NCBI GenBank assembly: GCA_030704615.1 | Contig: CM060731.1 | Coordinates: 22,754,001-22,818,000 of the forward strand | Reading direction: 5' to 3' | Length of the DNA stretch: 64,000 nt | Source of the DNA: Takakia lepidozioides | Taxonomy: Eukaryota > Plantae > Bryophyta | In this document: piece by piece, positions 29,021-41,698 of the stretch | How positions within the stretch are numbered: the first letter of the stretch is position 1 | How the letters are laid out: each line of letters starts with the position of its first letter | Translations under genes and position numbers: made by a program | The notes under the pieces: model-generated | The model's input: the letters and a program-made list of their open reading frames with translations, nothing else | Told to the model about the DNA's origin: nothing | Database searches by the model: none

Positions 29021-29983
29021 AGGAATGCTAGGGAAGATTCTAGAACGGAGGTGATTTTCGCAAGGTATAGCCCAAAGTGGGAGCTCAGGCAAGGACCAGA
29101 GGGTGCAGGAGGATGAGGGTTCGAGTAGGGTGGGTGATTTCAAGGTGCGGGAGGAGTGGGCCCAGGTCTATGTGCATACTGCAGACAAGGAGATGGAAGG
29201 ATTTTGGAAGACGGTGGTTTACTTGGGGCGGAAGGGTTGCTTGGTGCTGTGCTGATCCGCACGACATGACTTGAGGGATGTACTATAAATAAGTGTAAAT
29301 AACTGGCGTACCAGTTACTACTGATCCACGGGTGAGGTCTGTAGTCCCCTTGCTTATTTCAAGCGCTGTAAAGACTGTTGATGTAAGGACGAACCGACGA
29401 GGTTTTATGCCGACTTGTATTATTATTATGTCATGCTCTCCGTATTGAAGGCTAAATTTTCTGCTCGAAATTACATCTCCAATGCACTTGGCTGTATTCC
29501 ATTGTTACGCGATACGCCTCTACACCGAATTTATATGACATTCGAATTTATATGACCTCATATGAGTTAATATTATTAGCGATTCATTTCAGTTTTGAAA
29601 AAGTATACTAGGTTTGGTACGAGGCCCGGCGGGATATGAGGTGCGGGACTAGGTCAGACGCTAGGTTCGGCGGATCTGGAAATGCGCTCGCAGTTTAGCA
29701 TTCGGACAGTAGAAATACGTGCCTGGCTTTGTGATTGAGAGATCGCGTGGGAGCATCAGATTACTTGTTATGTCGTACTGACAAGACTGTTCGGGAGCTG
29801 AGATTTGTGGGAGTATGTGACACACAGGGGGCCACAGAGAGAGAGAGAGAGATTGGGAGAGAGGTGTCTGGTGGGTGTGTGGAAATGCCTTGGTTCGAGT
29901 TTTGGACAGGCAGGCGGAAGGAGTGAGAAAGGGGCGGGTGTTGTTGGAAGTGAAGGTGTCATCGGAAGGCGCGAATTGCAGCC

Positions 29984-32900
29984 ATGGGAGCCTCCAGTGA
30001 ATTGGAGATGTTGGTAGCCCGCGCACAATGCATGCGGGAGAGCCTGGGAAAGAGCCAGGCAGTAACAGATTCAATGAGGGCCATTCTGGGATCCTTTGAC
30101 CACCGGCTGTCGACTCTGGAGGCTGCGATGCGCCCTACTCAAGTACAGCTCCGCCTGTCCCCTCCTTCAATCGGATTTATGCAAAGAGTGTGTGCTTAAT
30201 CAATTAATGTTGCATGTTGTATTGCTGCTTCTTGCATTGCTGCACGACCTGGAGGCCATGAAAGTCAGATGTAAGGTATTCCACATTCGATTTTAACTGG
30301 GTCTACCATAAGAACTGGCAGTGGATGTTTCATCTTCGCCTCCTTAATTTCATCAGTGGTGGGAATTCAAAGGAAAGAACTGAGTATATTCAATCAGCCA
30401 CCGCAATTTTGGTAGGTCGGTAGTCCTGTAATTGTAGATCACTGGCAAACTGGCGACTGTATTTTTCAGACCCCGTGTCAGGAAAGTGGAGTGACTTAGA
30501 TTAAAATGCACTAATGTCCTTTCTATCTTCATCTTTCCTGGAGAGTTCTATTTAGTTCTTTAAATGTATAAACGCTTCTGAGCAAAGGACCAGTCTACAA
30601 TGTCATGTCAAGGACTCATTCTCTGTTGGTTGGTTGAAACTTTCGTGGATGGTAATATTTCGATATGCATCCGGTAAGGAGCGGCAAGCCTATAGATAGT
30701 GATAGTGAGCTCCTTAGTTCCTGGATGCAGGTGGTCTTATCAGTGGATTGTCCAATCCGCAGTCCCTGTAATTTTCGGCCATCATGCATGTTGTGGAGAG
30801 GTTTCTTGTCAGTTTCTTGAGGCTTTGGAGCTGATTGGGGTGCATTTTGATTGAAGGTCCGGACACACGCCTTCAGAAAAGCACATGAGAACATTGATCG
30901 GACCCTCAAGGAAGCGGATTCTGTGTTGAGTCAATTTGAAGTGTCCCGCCAGGTGTGCCCCTTATACTTTAATTCTACTGTGCACAATATCTCATTTGAA
31001 AAAGGTATGACATTCAACAGACCAGGCCATTGTAAATATACATTTACTGAGTCTCAAAGAGGGAGAAAGGGAGCAGGCGATCTTTTGGGAGAAGGGAAGT
31101 CAGAGTAAAACAGGGAGGTAATATTGTAGCTGCTACATGCACAAAAGTACTACCTGTGAAATCTGATGGATTACTTTATGTGATGGATTACTTTATGGGC
31201 GGGGGGTGAAGGTGGAGAACAAAGTGTTGAAGGGCCCACAAAACGACTTGAGCGGGTTTCTGGCAGCTGTGGACCAGCTTCAGAGCAATGTCGAGTTTTT
31301 TGCACTTAACAACAGCTTTAAAGCCAGTGATGGGGCGCTCAATCATGCTCAAGGCTTGCTTTCGAAGGGCATGACTCGACTAGAGGAAGAGTTTAAAACA
31401 CTTTTAACCCAATATAGGTGAGTTGTGTACAATCCACAGCCCCTTTCCTCCCTTATCTTTTTCACCGTGAACAAAAACTGAGGCATCCTGACCATCAGTT
31501 ATTATTTTAAGCCAGGTTCAGCTGGATTGTCTCATGTGATTTCAGTTAGGAAGTTTCTTTTTCCTGTCAAATTGTGCCAGGCATGTTTCTGGAGTTGGCA
31601 AGCTAGCCTTAACGGCTCACATCATGCTATCAAGTGTGGATAGTTCTCTCTGAAAATTGCCTGATTCCCAATAAATCCTCCAGGTAAATCTCACTCATAT
31701 TGAAAACCCAGGCTGCATAAGGCTTAAGTTCAAATAGTTTTTCTCTTGGGTTCCTCACATTTCCTCCATCAAATCGAACAGTTACTTTGTGTGTTTGCTA
31801 ATTGCCATTCGTTGTTATTCCTGCAGCAAGCCTGTTGATCCAGCACGTCTGACAGAGGCTTTACCAAATTCTGGAAGGCTAACAGCAACCTCTCCAACTG
31901 GAGGTCTAGGAGATGTGAAGATGCTCACTGATAGCCCTCACTCTGAGGGCCCGAAGGTCCCAGTTCTTCCAGAGCTAATAGCCCCACGAATTATTCCACA
32001 GTTACAGGAAATGGCTCAACGCTTGGTTGCCGCAGGCCACCACCAACAGTGCCTCAAAACCTACAGGTGTCATGCGTGCAGCCATGATTAAATCGATTAT
32101 TTTGATTTACAGAGATTATATCCTGTTGCAGAATGCTGCTATACTCGATTTTCAAGTGGGATTATTGGTTTGGGTTGTGACTTCTACAGTGTGCGATTTT
32201 CGATTTAGAGTGGCTAATATGTGGTTCTATTTCAGAGCATAAAAATGCTGTAGAACTAGCCCCTTCTCCATACTACCAGTGAGTGCTCCTTAGTTCAGTA
32301 TACTGGTTTGCATGATTGTAGGGAAATACGAGTAGCCACGCTGGAACAAAGTTTTCGAAAGTTGGGGGTGGAGAAGTTGAGCAAAGAGGATGTTCAGAAA
32401 ATGCAGTGGGAGGCCCTGGAAGGGAAGATTGGCAACTGGATTCAGTACATGCGTATTGCTGTAAGCTATAAATTCTGTCTTCCATATCTGGCTTTGGTAG
32501 CAAGATACTCTGAAACACTTGATACGTTGAAGTACTAACCAAGCAGTTAGATGCTCTGCGGACCAAGAAGTGGTGAGAACCCTTCGTGGCGGAAAATACC
32601 AACCAGTCTTTACAATGTTAGGTATGTCATACTTACGGGCTCCATTTGTTTGTCATGGTCTTTTCAGGTGAAACTGTTGTTTGCCAGTGAACGCAAGCTC
32701 TGTGACCAAATATGGCACCACCTGGATCCACACCGCGAGAAGTGCTTTGCTGATGTGACTGACTCAAGCATGCACACACTACTAAGTTTTGGGGAAGCAA
32801 TAGCTAAGAGTAAAAAGTCACCAGAAAAGCTGTTTGTGCTGCTTGACATGTATGAAACCATGCGTGACCTGCTTCCAGAGGTACCTTTCTTCCACCCTTC

Positions 32901-35352
32901 ATCATCAGACTCCTTGTAGTCCTAATGTGTCCCACTAGTGTCTGGGCCTCCTGTGGACGCAAAACATTTCTGTGTCCTACTCGTATGCATATAGGAACCA
33001 AGTCATGAGCCTAAAAGAAGGTTCATACATTGTGCTTCTTCCTCAGGCCAATCTTACATTGTAGCCTTGTCCTTGCACTGGTGACACGTGGATTATACTG
33101 CTATGCAGATTGAGGTTGTGTTTTCAGGGGAGCCAGCAACTCCTATGCGAGAAGCAGCATTGGGGTTGATAAAACGACTTGCACAGACAGCCAAGGATAC
33201 GTTTGGGGATTTTGAAGATGCTGTTGAAAAAGATGCCACCAAGACACCTGTCTTGGATGGCACAGTACACCCCCTCACCAGTTACGTCATCAACTATGTC
33301 AAATTTCTGTTTGAGTAAGCTTTCACACTTCACTTCTATTACTAAAAATTAGTGCAGTGCATGTACGCATACTCTAAAACACACTCCGGCAGATGACTGG
33401 CAAGTTTCCTAGGCTAGTTTTTGGTTGTAGGGACTAAGTATGTCATAATTTGTAGTTTTCAAGGTAGAGACAGATCAGTTAGTAGCAAAGGCACGTCGTT
33501 TGCCTAGAGGATACTTCTATGCTCATGCTATGTAAATATTCCTCAATGTATGTGGCTCAAAACTAGTGCGCGAGGTCTGGTTTGCAGCTACCAGAATACG
33601 TTGAATCAGCTCTGGGAGGGAGAAACGGCAGAAAAAACAACCTCCCATTTGGCGGCCGCAACAATTCGCATCATGTCTCTGCTACAATTCAATTTAGATG
33701 GGAAAGCAAAACTGTACAAAGACCCTGCACTCACACAACTTTTCCTCATGAACAACATCCATTACATGGTCAGATCTGTCCGACGGTAAGTCCATTCTGG
33801 GACCAGAACCAAAAACAATATGCCCTCGCAGTAATGTTAGCATGTTTGTGGTGTCAAGCCGGTTGACACTCTTGCCTTGGTGCGCCCCAAGTTTTGCCTG
33901 AATGTCTGCCGGTGTAGGAAATATGTTGGCTGTCAAGATTATGCAAGAAGATGTATTAGCATATCATAGGCTTAACATATCTGTACATGCATATATATGC
34001 TACTGAGCACCTAATATAGAAGTTTTAATCTGGTAATCTCAACTATAGCAGCAGTGTCGGAATGCAAACCAGTTCACAAATAATCTCTTGATTGGTTGGA
34101 GTGCTTAAGAGCTTATGGCTAGCATTTGGAGACTTCTGCATGAGTTTTCGACATGATTGCTGAACCTCCACAAACACTTCAACAGTCCTCTACAGTGTCA
34201 TGGCATTGACAAAAGGATAGAGGGGATGATGTGCCTTGGCAGGTCAGAGGCAAAAGATTTGTTGGGTGATGATTGGGTGCAACGGCAGCGGCGTATAGTG
34301 CAGCAGCATGCAAATACATACCAGCGTCTTGCCTGGGGCAAGGTCAGCCAGTGTCCTTGCTGTGTCTTGATTTTAGATCTATGACTCGGGACAACTTTAC
34401 CTAAGGGGGATTCTCCAGAAGCTGTTCATTAGGGGTGTCAGTTTCTCTATCAATGCCAAGGGGTTGATAATTGGCGGATATTGTGTGTGATGGAGTTGTA
34501 GGCTCTGTCCTATTTGAGCGGGTCTGGTGTGGCATCATCGACTTTTGGAGCTTCTGGCGGTATGAGTGGGGATAGTGGCAGCGGTTTCTCCAAATCCATG
34601 CTCAAAGACAGGTTGGTTGTGAATTTACAGGTGCATTCTTCTACCGAGAGGAGTGGGAGAGGGAGAGAGATGTTGTGGCTTGTCTAGATGACATGATACT
34701 CTTACAGTCTGTGACATATCAGTAAATAAGGTTGCACTTTATCAAGTTATTCTGGATATGATCTAGATCGGTGAGACATCTGTGGGCTATGCTAGAGGCA
34801 TTAACATGGCTTCAACATTCTCTGGACTTGACAGGTTCAAAAACTTCAATATGCTCTTTGATGAGCTGCATCAGCGACAAACTCAATGGACTATCCCTGA
34901 CAATGAGCTCCGGGATGCAGTACGGCTGGCAGTTGCAGAGGTTCTGTTGCCAGCATACCGCTCATTCATTAAACGCTACAGGTATCTGTCGTCTTCTTTG
35001 TTTTTCATGCGAGATCAGTGATCTTTCTGTCTTGAGGGGGGGATTGATTGTAGTGAGATTACGTTCATATCAGCCGAGGTTGTTTGTTTATTTTAGCTTT
35101 CAGGTAAAGCGTTTATTGAGACTTTTCTCAGAGTTTTCGGCTGAGCAGCCTAGTTGTCTCTGCACTGAGAAATTATTGGCTTTTGGAAATCACCACTCTT
35201 ATTGTCCTCTATCTGTTTTGGTACTGTTTTGCAGCTCGGGGCTTGACAATGGGAAGACCAGCAGCAAATACATAAAATACACTCCAGAGGACTTGGATCG
35301 AATGCTTGGTGAGTTTTTCGAGGGGAAAATCCGAGGGGATCAGAGAAGGTAG
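29984..35352 (+). CDS. EXO70A: Exocyst subunit EXO70, clade A (intron-rich, EXO70A1-like)
   Basis: ILGSFDHRLSTLEAAMRPTQVRTHAFRKAHENIDRTLK; KSPEKLFVLLDMYE; DGTVHPLTSYVINYVKFLF; FLMNNIHYMVRSVRRSEAKDLLGDDWVQR; QWTIPDNELRDAVRLAVAEVLLPAYRSF; KYIKYTPEDL. About 12 GT-AG exons. Confidence 0.96.
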
Positions 35353-36387
35353 ACTTTGACCAGAAGTAGACCTCCACCAAGCTGCTACCTTTTTCTGTTC
35401 CAACTCATAAGACCCATTCCACACTCCCAGTTGCCATGGTACACACACATTGCCACTTTCAAAAGCCCAAGGCAACTGCCAAAAGACGCTCAATAAGCTG
35501 GTAAACTTTACGAGTGCATGAAGCATCGTATCGACGAATGGGCACATCTTTCCCCTGCACAGTGTTGTGTTGGGGGAAACTAGCTCAGAATTCTATATAG
35601 AAATTAGCCAACGATTGTTGATCATGTGAAATATAGCATAGCTTGTCTGCTTATTGGCGTCCAATTCACATCAATATGCACATACACCTTCAACTGCGGC
35701 TCTGCTTGCTTAAGTGTAAGAGAGACAATCACAATTAGTGAAGCCTCCTCCATAATCTTAGACATCAGCAGTTGTATTAAGGTTCTCTTCCAGCGGGCTA
35801 TCACCTGCAAACATGTGAATGGCAGTGCACTACTACAAACAGATTGTGATCATTTGGCGGTGGATTCCATCTGCCTGTTTATAATGATGTATACTAGTGT
35901 TTTGTTTTCAATGGTATCTCTCTGCTGTCTTGGGGTGCAGTAGGGCCCTTTCTCCACTTAAGGATATATTTTCTCAGGTACATACAAACAGTTATGGCAA
36001 CAGGATGAAGTATTGCAGAGTCAGAATTGGCATTATACTATCTTTCCACATATCTGAGTGGCAAATCCCTGGGCTTCTCTTGTCAGTTTCCTGTCCAGGG
36101 GGCATGGAGGCCTACTCACACACACTGCTACAGTTACAGCTGCAAATAATGGGTTAGGACACAATAATCCATCAACTTCAGACTAGATTTGCACTAGCAA
36201 GGTCACCGAGTCTGGGCTCTTGAAAGCAAGGCTATACAAATGTACTCCTGAGGTAATGTTTGTGTAGCCTTGTGGCCATAGACCCCCGTCAAGTTTGGGC
36301 GGAACAAAAGGGAACAGACACTACCTTTGTGCGGGGCTCACTCCCGTAGTGGGACTTGCCTTGGTATAAAAAAGTTGAACGGGCTTT

Positions 36388-37085
36388 CTAGATTTCCTCT
36401 TGAAAGCCCGTCACACAAGCATCCATGTGCTGTGTGTGGCCTTTAGACCCCAATATGGCCAAGGCTTCAGGGTCAGCCTTGAGATTTTCTGAGTTGGTGA
36501 ACAGAGGTGCAGGGACTAAGTTCTTGATGTTCCTGAAGAGGGCCCCTCTCTGATGAGAATCCATCGGACATTGTATCAGAAAATGGACAGTCTCTTCAGG
36601 CCGCCTGAACATCTGGCAGTGACAATCTCCTTCTCCTCTCTGAATCTGTTTATTGTTTGAAGGTAGACTCCCTGAGCTGAGTTCAAATTTCAGTCTATGC
36701 CGAGGGTGGGTACGCTCTTCAAGTCATCCTTAAGGTTCCGACACGTCACAGACTGGAAAAAAGATCAGTGAAGTTTTAAGGAACTTCGTTTTGTTATGGA
36801 CATTCTTCGCGCTTCCCACACTCCAGCCTTGAAGTCTGCTTCATCTAGTAGGGTCGGTTCTTCTTGCTTAATATTCAGGCGCTTGAAAATCTCCTCTACC
36901 ATTTTCCACCAGGATTTGCCTGTTTAACAGAATGGTCTTGCTTTCGATCACCTTAGGATGTCTGGTATGGGGATGCGATTCAACTGACCCCACCCTCTGA
37001 CCTATCTCACCCCTAACAGCCACACTAGCTGTTGTAGCGGTGTGCTGACAGGCCCTCTCTGAGCACCAAAAGCTGAACAGATTCT
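36388..37085 (-). mobile_element. Degenerate LINE 3' fragment, same family as 4230-4560
   Basis: C..FRRPEETVHFLIQCP motif; DNA homology to about 4300-4530 in inverted orientation. Confidence 0.65.
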
Positions 37086-39405
37086 AAAGATATAGCATTG
37101 TTGGATTTGCCAACCTACACGGCAGATGTGTACAAGGCAGTGAAAGGCATGGTGCTTTAACTTCGGAGTTCATCCCTCTGCAGTGGAAAAATTTAGCGAA
37201 ATCCAAAGATTTGCGTTTATGAACCCCTTTGTACCATACGAGTACTTTAGCAAGTGTTTTGGTTTTCAGGAATGCATTAACATCAAAGCAAGAACTAATG
37301 TTGCCCCCACAAAAGTAATAAAGGCTACCAACCAAGCCCACCCCTGAAAGGGGCCCCAAGGCCAGGTGGCTTTCTAGCTACCCCGGCTCTGGCCAGAGTC
37401 ATCTCTCTCTGTAAGGTATGCTTGTTAGTGCATAGATTAAAGCGATAAGGTTGTGTAATATTTGGCTTACAATGTCTCAAAGCTCAGCAATTTGTAATAT
37501 GGACCATCCCATGTGAGGGTTTTACAATACCCTGAAAGAAATCTGTGCAGAGAGACATTAGTTTCAGCTTTCTCACCAAGTTTCTGGTTTTCCTGATGGC
37601 TCTCCTCATATCTAGTGTGAGGATTTGAGGTAAAGGGCCAGTGAAAGAGTTGGTGGTGCAATGGTGACTTCAGCCCATGTAGTCTTGTGATGACCACCTG
37701 CATAAACTGGTCAGCTTCACTTTGGAAATGGAGTTGTTCAGCCAGGGTGATTAGAAGAAAGGCAAAAGTTTAGTTGTAGGTTTGACCTCACCCACCCCAC
37801 ATGGCAAGGTTCAGAAGAAGGCAGAAGCACACTTTCAAGTGAGTGAGGAGAAGCGCTGCATACCTCACTCTTGGCCCGTTACCACACAGCCTGCACAGTA
37901 GAGATAACCTGCTACTGTTCATGTATTCCAGTGAGTACCTCTTTGTGCTGGGTCAGTTCATGCACAATGTTATATACTCAAAGTGTATGATCATGCATCC
38001 ACCTTAAACACTCACAGGCTCGGGTTTGAGACATTGGAATGTACAGTTGTGAACCACACACAGCAACCAAACAACATGAAGCATACAGCAGTCTGGCAAT
38101 TGTGGCTATCTGCAGCATAGACACAACAAAAACCATGCAAAAAACCTCAACCTGGAGTGAGGACATAATATGTTGCTGCACTGTCTCCAGGACCACATAC
38201 TCTTATGGTGGATTTAGTTTATGCTACCTCACCTACTCTTCACTCGGACATAGCATCTTGAGAAATTTTTGTAGCACAGTTCACAAACTTCAATCCCCTT
38301 ACTTTATGAGTGATCAATCTACTGCCAGTGTACATGCTCGGTAAAAGAAATGCAGACCCAGCACTTCCATTGTCATTGAAAGATTGAGACCGGCACAACA
38401 AGCCTTTGAAGAAACACTCTTTACCATCACTAGTGTGCCAAAGCACACCAGAGTCAGCCTCGTGGACCTTCCTGAAGGGCTCTGGACTGTTCAATATTGT
38501 GAAGGAGAATGTGATGTATGCCAGTAAGTAGGGCCCATGGCGCTCACAAGACAGTAATACAAACCAGAGCGTGAGCCCTACATCAAATGTACAAGTGTGC
38601 ATTGGAGCTTAAGAGCTTAAGCTCCCTTGAGAAAACATATTCAAGAACTTGTTCCTGGAAAGACCTTAGAGGAGCAATTATCATCACAGACACACCGAGA
38701 AGTAGAACTAGAATACATCTACTCCATAATAGACCAACAGGTTGATAGGAATGCAATAAAAGCACTGCCACCTAGAATATGGGCATTTATCTGGAGATAC
38801 TAACTTGTGGTACTGAACCCTAGAGTTACACAAGGGACTTCACACATGTAAGCAAACATAAGCACACAGTTTCATTCACAGGAGAAGTGTTGCTTGCAGC
38901 AGGAGTGACAAAGTTACAACTATAAATGATCCATTTTCTGGCATGCCTCACTAGTTCCCAAATGCTCTCCCACTTTCTGTATGATCTATTGTGTCCTCCC
39001 TCTACCTCTCTGTAAACCAGCTGACGAAAGAAAGGGGCGATCAGAAGACAGCCCTTGAAGTACTGGCTCAACAAAAAACACTCACTCCAACCACAACGTA
39101 ACTCGGCAACAGAACAAGAAGGCCAATTCAGTTGAAAGAGATTTTCCATGATACAAAACATAGCTCCAATCGAATTCTCCTCTCACCGGGCTCCTTGCAC
39201 TCGTTGATGCTGCTTGCTGGTAGGTCAGCTCACAACTCTACATCAACTCACTGCCTCGAATAGAAAGCACAACCCCTCTTTGCATCCTCACAAATAAGCC
39301 CTTCGGAGGACATCCATACATGTATAAAGTCGCCCTGCCACCATGGCACGTCCTTGGAAGGAAGACAATCCGCCAGTCAAGGACTCGAAGTTCGCAAGTA
39401 CCCTT

Positions 39406-39681
39406 CTACCGTGATTGTTTGAGATTGAGATCAGTCGCGTCAATATGAGATATGGCCATCAGCTTCTGACGGAACTCGTCATCACTCTGCTGTTTAGCTG
39501 TCTGTGGAGCCACTTTGGCAGACTCCACCTTGCCCACCTCTGCTGGCTGCGCCTGCGATATGGCGACCAGCCGTGCACGCACTGTATCCAAGCTCTCCTG
39601 CCCTTTCTCCTGCTGCTTCTGCTGTGGCTGCCCCGCCTTCTTCACCACGTCCATAGGAAGCCTCTCTGGAATGATAGTCAT
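39406..39681 (-). CDS. Small uncharacterised plant protein (91 aa) with two (R)xxLxAIS motifs
   Basis: Coherent ORF with ESLDTVRARLVAIS and DDEFRQKLMAISH, resembling the conserved small plant proteins carrying RExLIAISY / YRSxLISISY motifs. A likely upstream splice acceptor lies near 39861. Confidence 0.7.
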   Translation of the reverse strand: MTIIPERLPMDVVKKAGQPQQKQQEKGQESLDTVRARLVAISQAQPAEVGKVESAKVAPQTAKQQSDDEFRQKLMAISHIDATDLNLKQSR

Positions 39682-41698
39682 ACATACACTCCTCTTGTCC
39701 GGTCACTCCTCTTGTCCTTCTGAGCGTCTCTCTCACAACCCACAAGTGTATTCGAACCCCTCTTTCAAGCTTGACGATTCCCTTGGCTTCTCTCAGCCTT
39801 GCCTCTCACTAGTCAACAGAATCTCGCACGGTGCGCAAGGTCCAGTTCTGTACAGCAGGGCCTGACCACAATCCAACACGTTCCTTATCTGTCGCCTGCC
39901 AGAAACTCAATGACACAACCCAAATTTGCCTTACCACTTGGCACTACTCTACTCCTCCACATTCCTTAACAAGTCATGTGGCCTTGTGTTATACGCAGCT
40001 TGATCCAACCCACCAACCACAGTCTCTCTGCACAAATCAACACAGGGATTTGCAAACAAAAGATTTGATTTCTGATGGGGTGTCACAGGCCCGATTTGAA
40101 AGTTGCAGGTAAATGGTCCCCTGGCAGATCTCATTCATTTATGATTCTCGCTGGAAAAGCATACGCGTCAAGCTACCAACTTCCAAGCCTGAAATACATA
40201 ACTGAGGTGTGGCCTCGTCGTAATGAGGCTGGTCGGGTAGTGGGCCCTCCACCTGACCACCTGGCTTCAGAAATCTATGACTAACCTTCATGCAGGTAGT
40301 TACAGGACTTCCTGCATCAAGGTAGTTGTAAGAGTGCACTAAACTATCAAGCGAACAGAGACAAATTACTTCCATAGAGGTAGTCATGATCAGCACCAAC
40401 CACCCTTTCCTAGCATTGAACCTGCAATCTCCAGGATATCACCCTATCACCGAGCTACATCCTCTAAACTATAGCTACTGTTGAATCGTTTATTGAATAT
40501 ATAACAAAAACAGAGGAAATCGGAGTCTCAAGCTCCTTCTCTTCCTCGGGTTCTTTGGAGGTGTGGTCGCAAACTGCATGCTTTTGGCAGCTTCTCTTTC
40601 GCAAGGCTAATTCAAAGGTTATTCTGAGGCAACCCAATTTCTAGATTGGATCGGTCGTCCAGCATCTTTCCGCATACAATTACAGGGATGGCAGCGTGCT
40701 CCGGTGGTCTGTGTTGCGCAGAAGCGATGCCCGAGGTAGTGTGTTCTTGTTGCGGTGGAGGGGTTGGAGGCCTCACGTCCTGCAGCAGAGCAAAGGGCCA
40801 GGCTGGGGAGCTGAAGTGGGCATCCACCTTGGCAATGGCAGGCCCGATAGCCTTGCAAGTGATGGTTGTGACGTCTGCCCAGCCCTCAGGGAAACTGATG
40901 AAAGGTGCGTACAATTGTAATTCTTTGCGCATGCTTTGGGTCTCCAGTAATTCTTCGGAGTGATTCAATCTAGCAGAGACTACACTTATGTTGGTTGGAG
41001 ATGCTCCCGACATGAGAGCTGTACTCATTGACAGGCCCTCTGAAGAAAAGCTATGCTACCCTAAAGGGTGTAATCCCCCCTGGATGTCAATGCACCTGAA
41101 GCTAGCATGAGAGTTCCAGTCACGGGGGTGGGGTATGTCGAAAGATGATGTACGGGCTATTAGGACATCTGTCAGTCATGCATACAGGCACACATTGATC
41201 ATCGGGAGTCTTGCTCCATTCCTGATTGATACTGAGACAATTACAAGTTGCATTCAGGTGCGGTAGCAAGTGAGGAGCGGCTCTTGCATGAGTTTCTCTC
41301 AGATCATTCCCAATGGTGGGACAACAGGGTTCATAAGGTGAGCTATCATCATTTAGGACATGACATAGTCTGGCAAGGAGCTCTTTGACTGAAGCTGGCA
41401 GGATGATATTGTCTGGAATGGAGTTTATATGGTTAATCACATTTTTCTCTTTGTATACAGCAGCAGCAGTCTGTTGTTCCTTTCTTAGCAGGGCATGAAA
41501 GTAGGTTGTTCCATGTTGTTTTAAGATTCTTTTGAGCTTGTAGTGGTTGTAGCCTTGTGTAAGTGAGACTGTGACTGAAGCCAGGGCTGCTCAGCTGCCC
41601 GCGCGTGGTTATCACAGAAAGGCCCAAAGTCACCAGACTTCAGGCATAAGCTCTCAGAGGAGCCTCTATGGATTGAGGATTGGTCCAACCCTCCTTGG

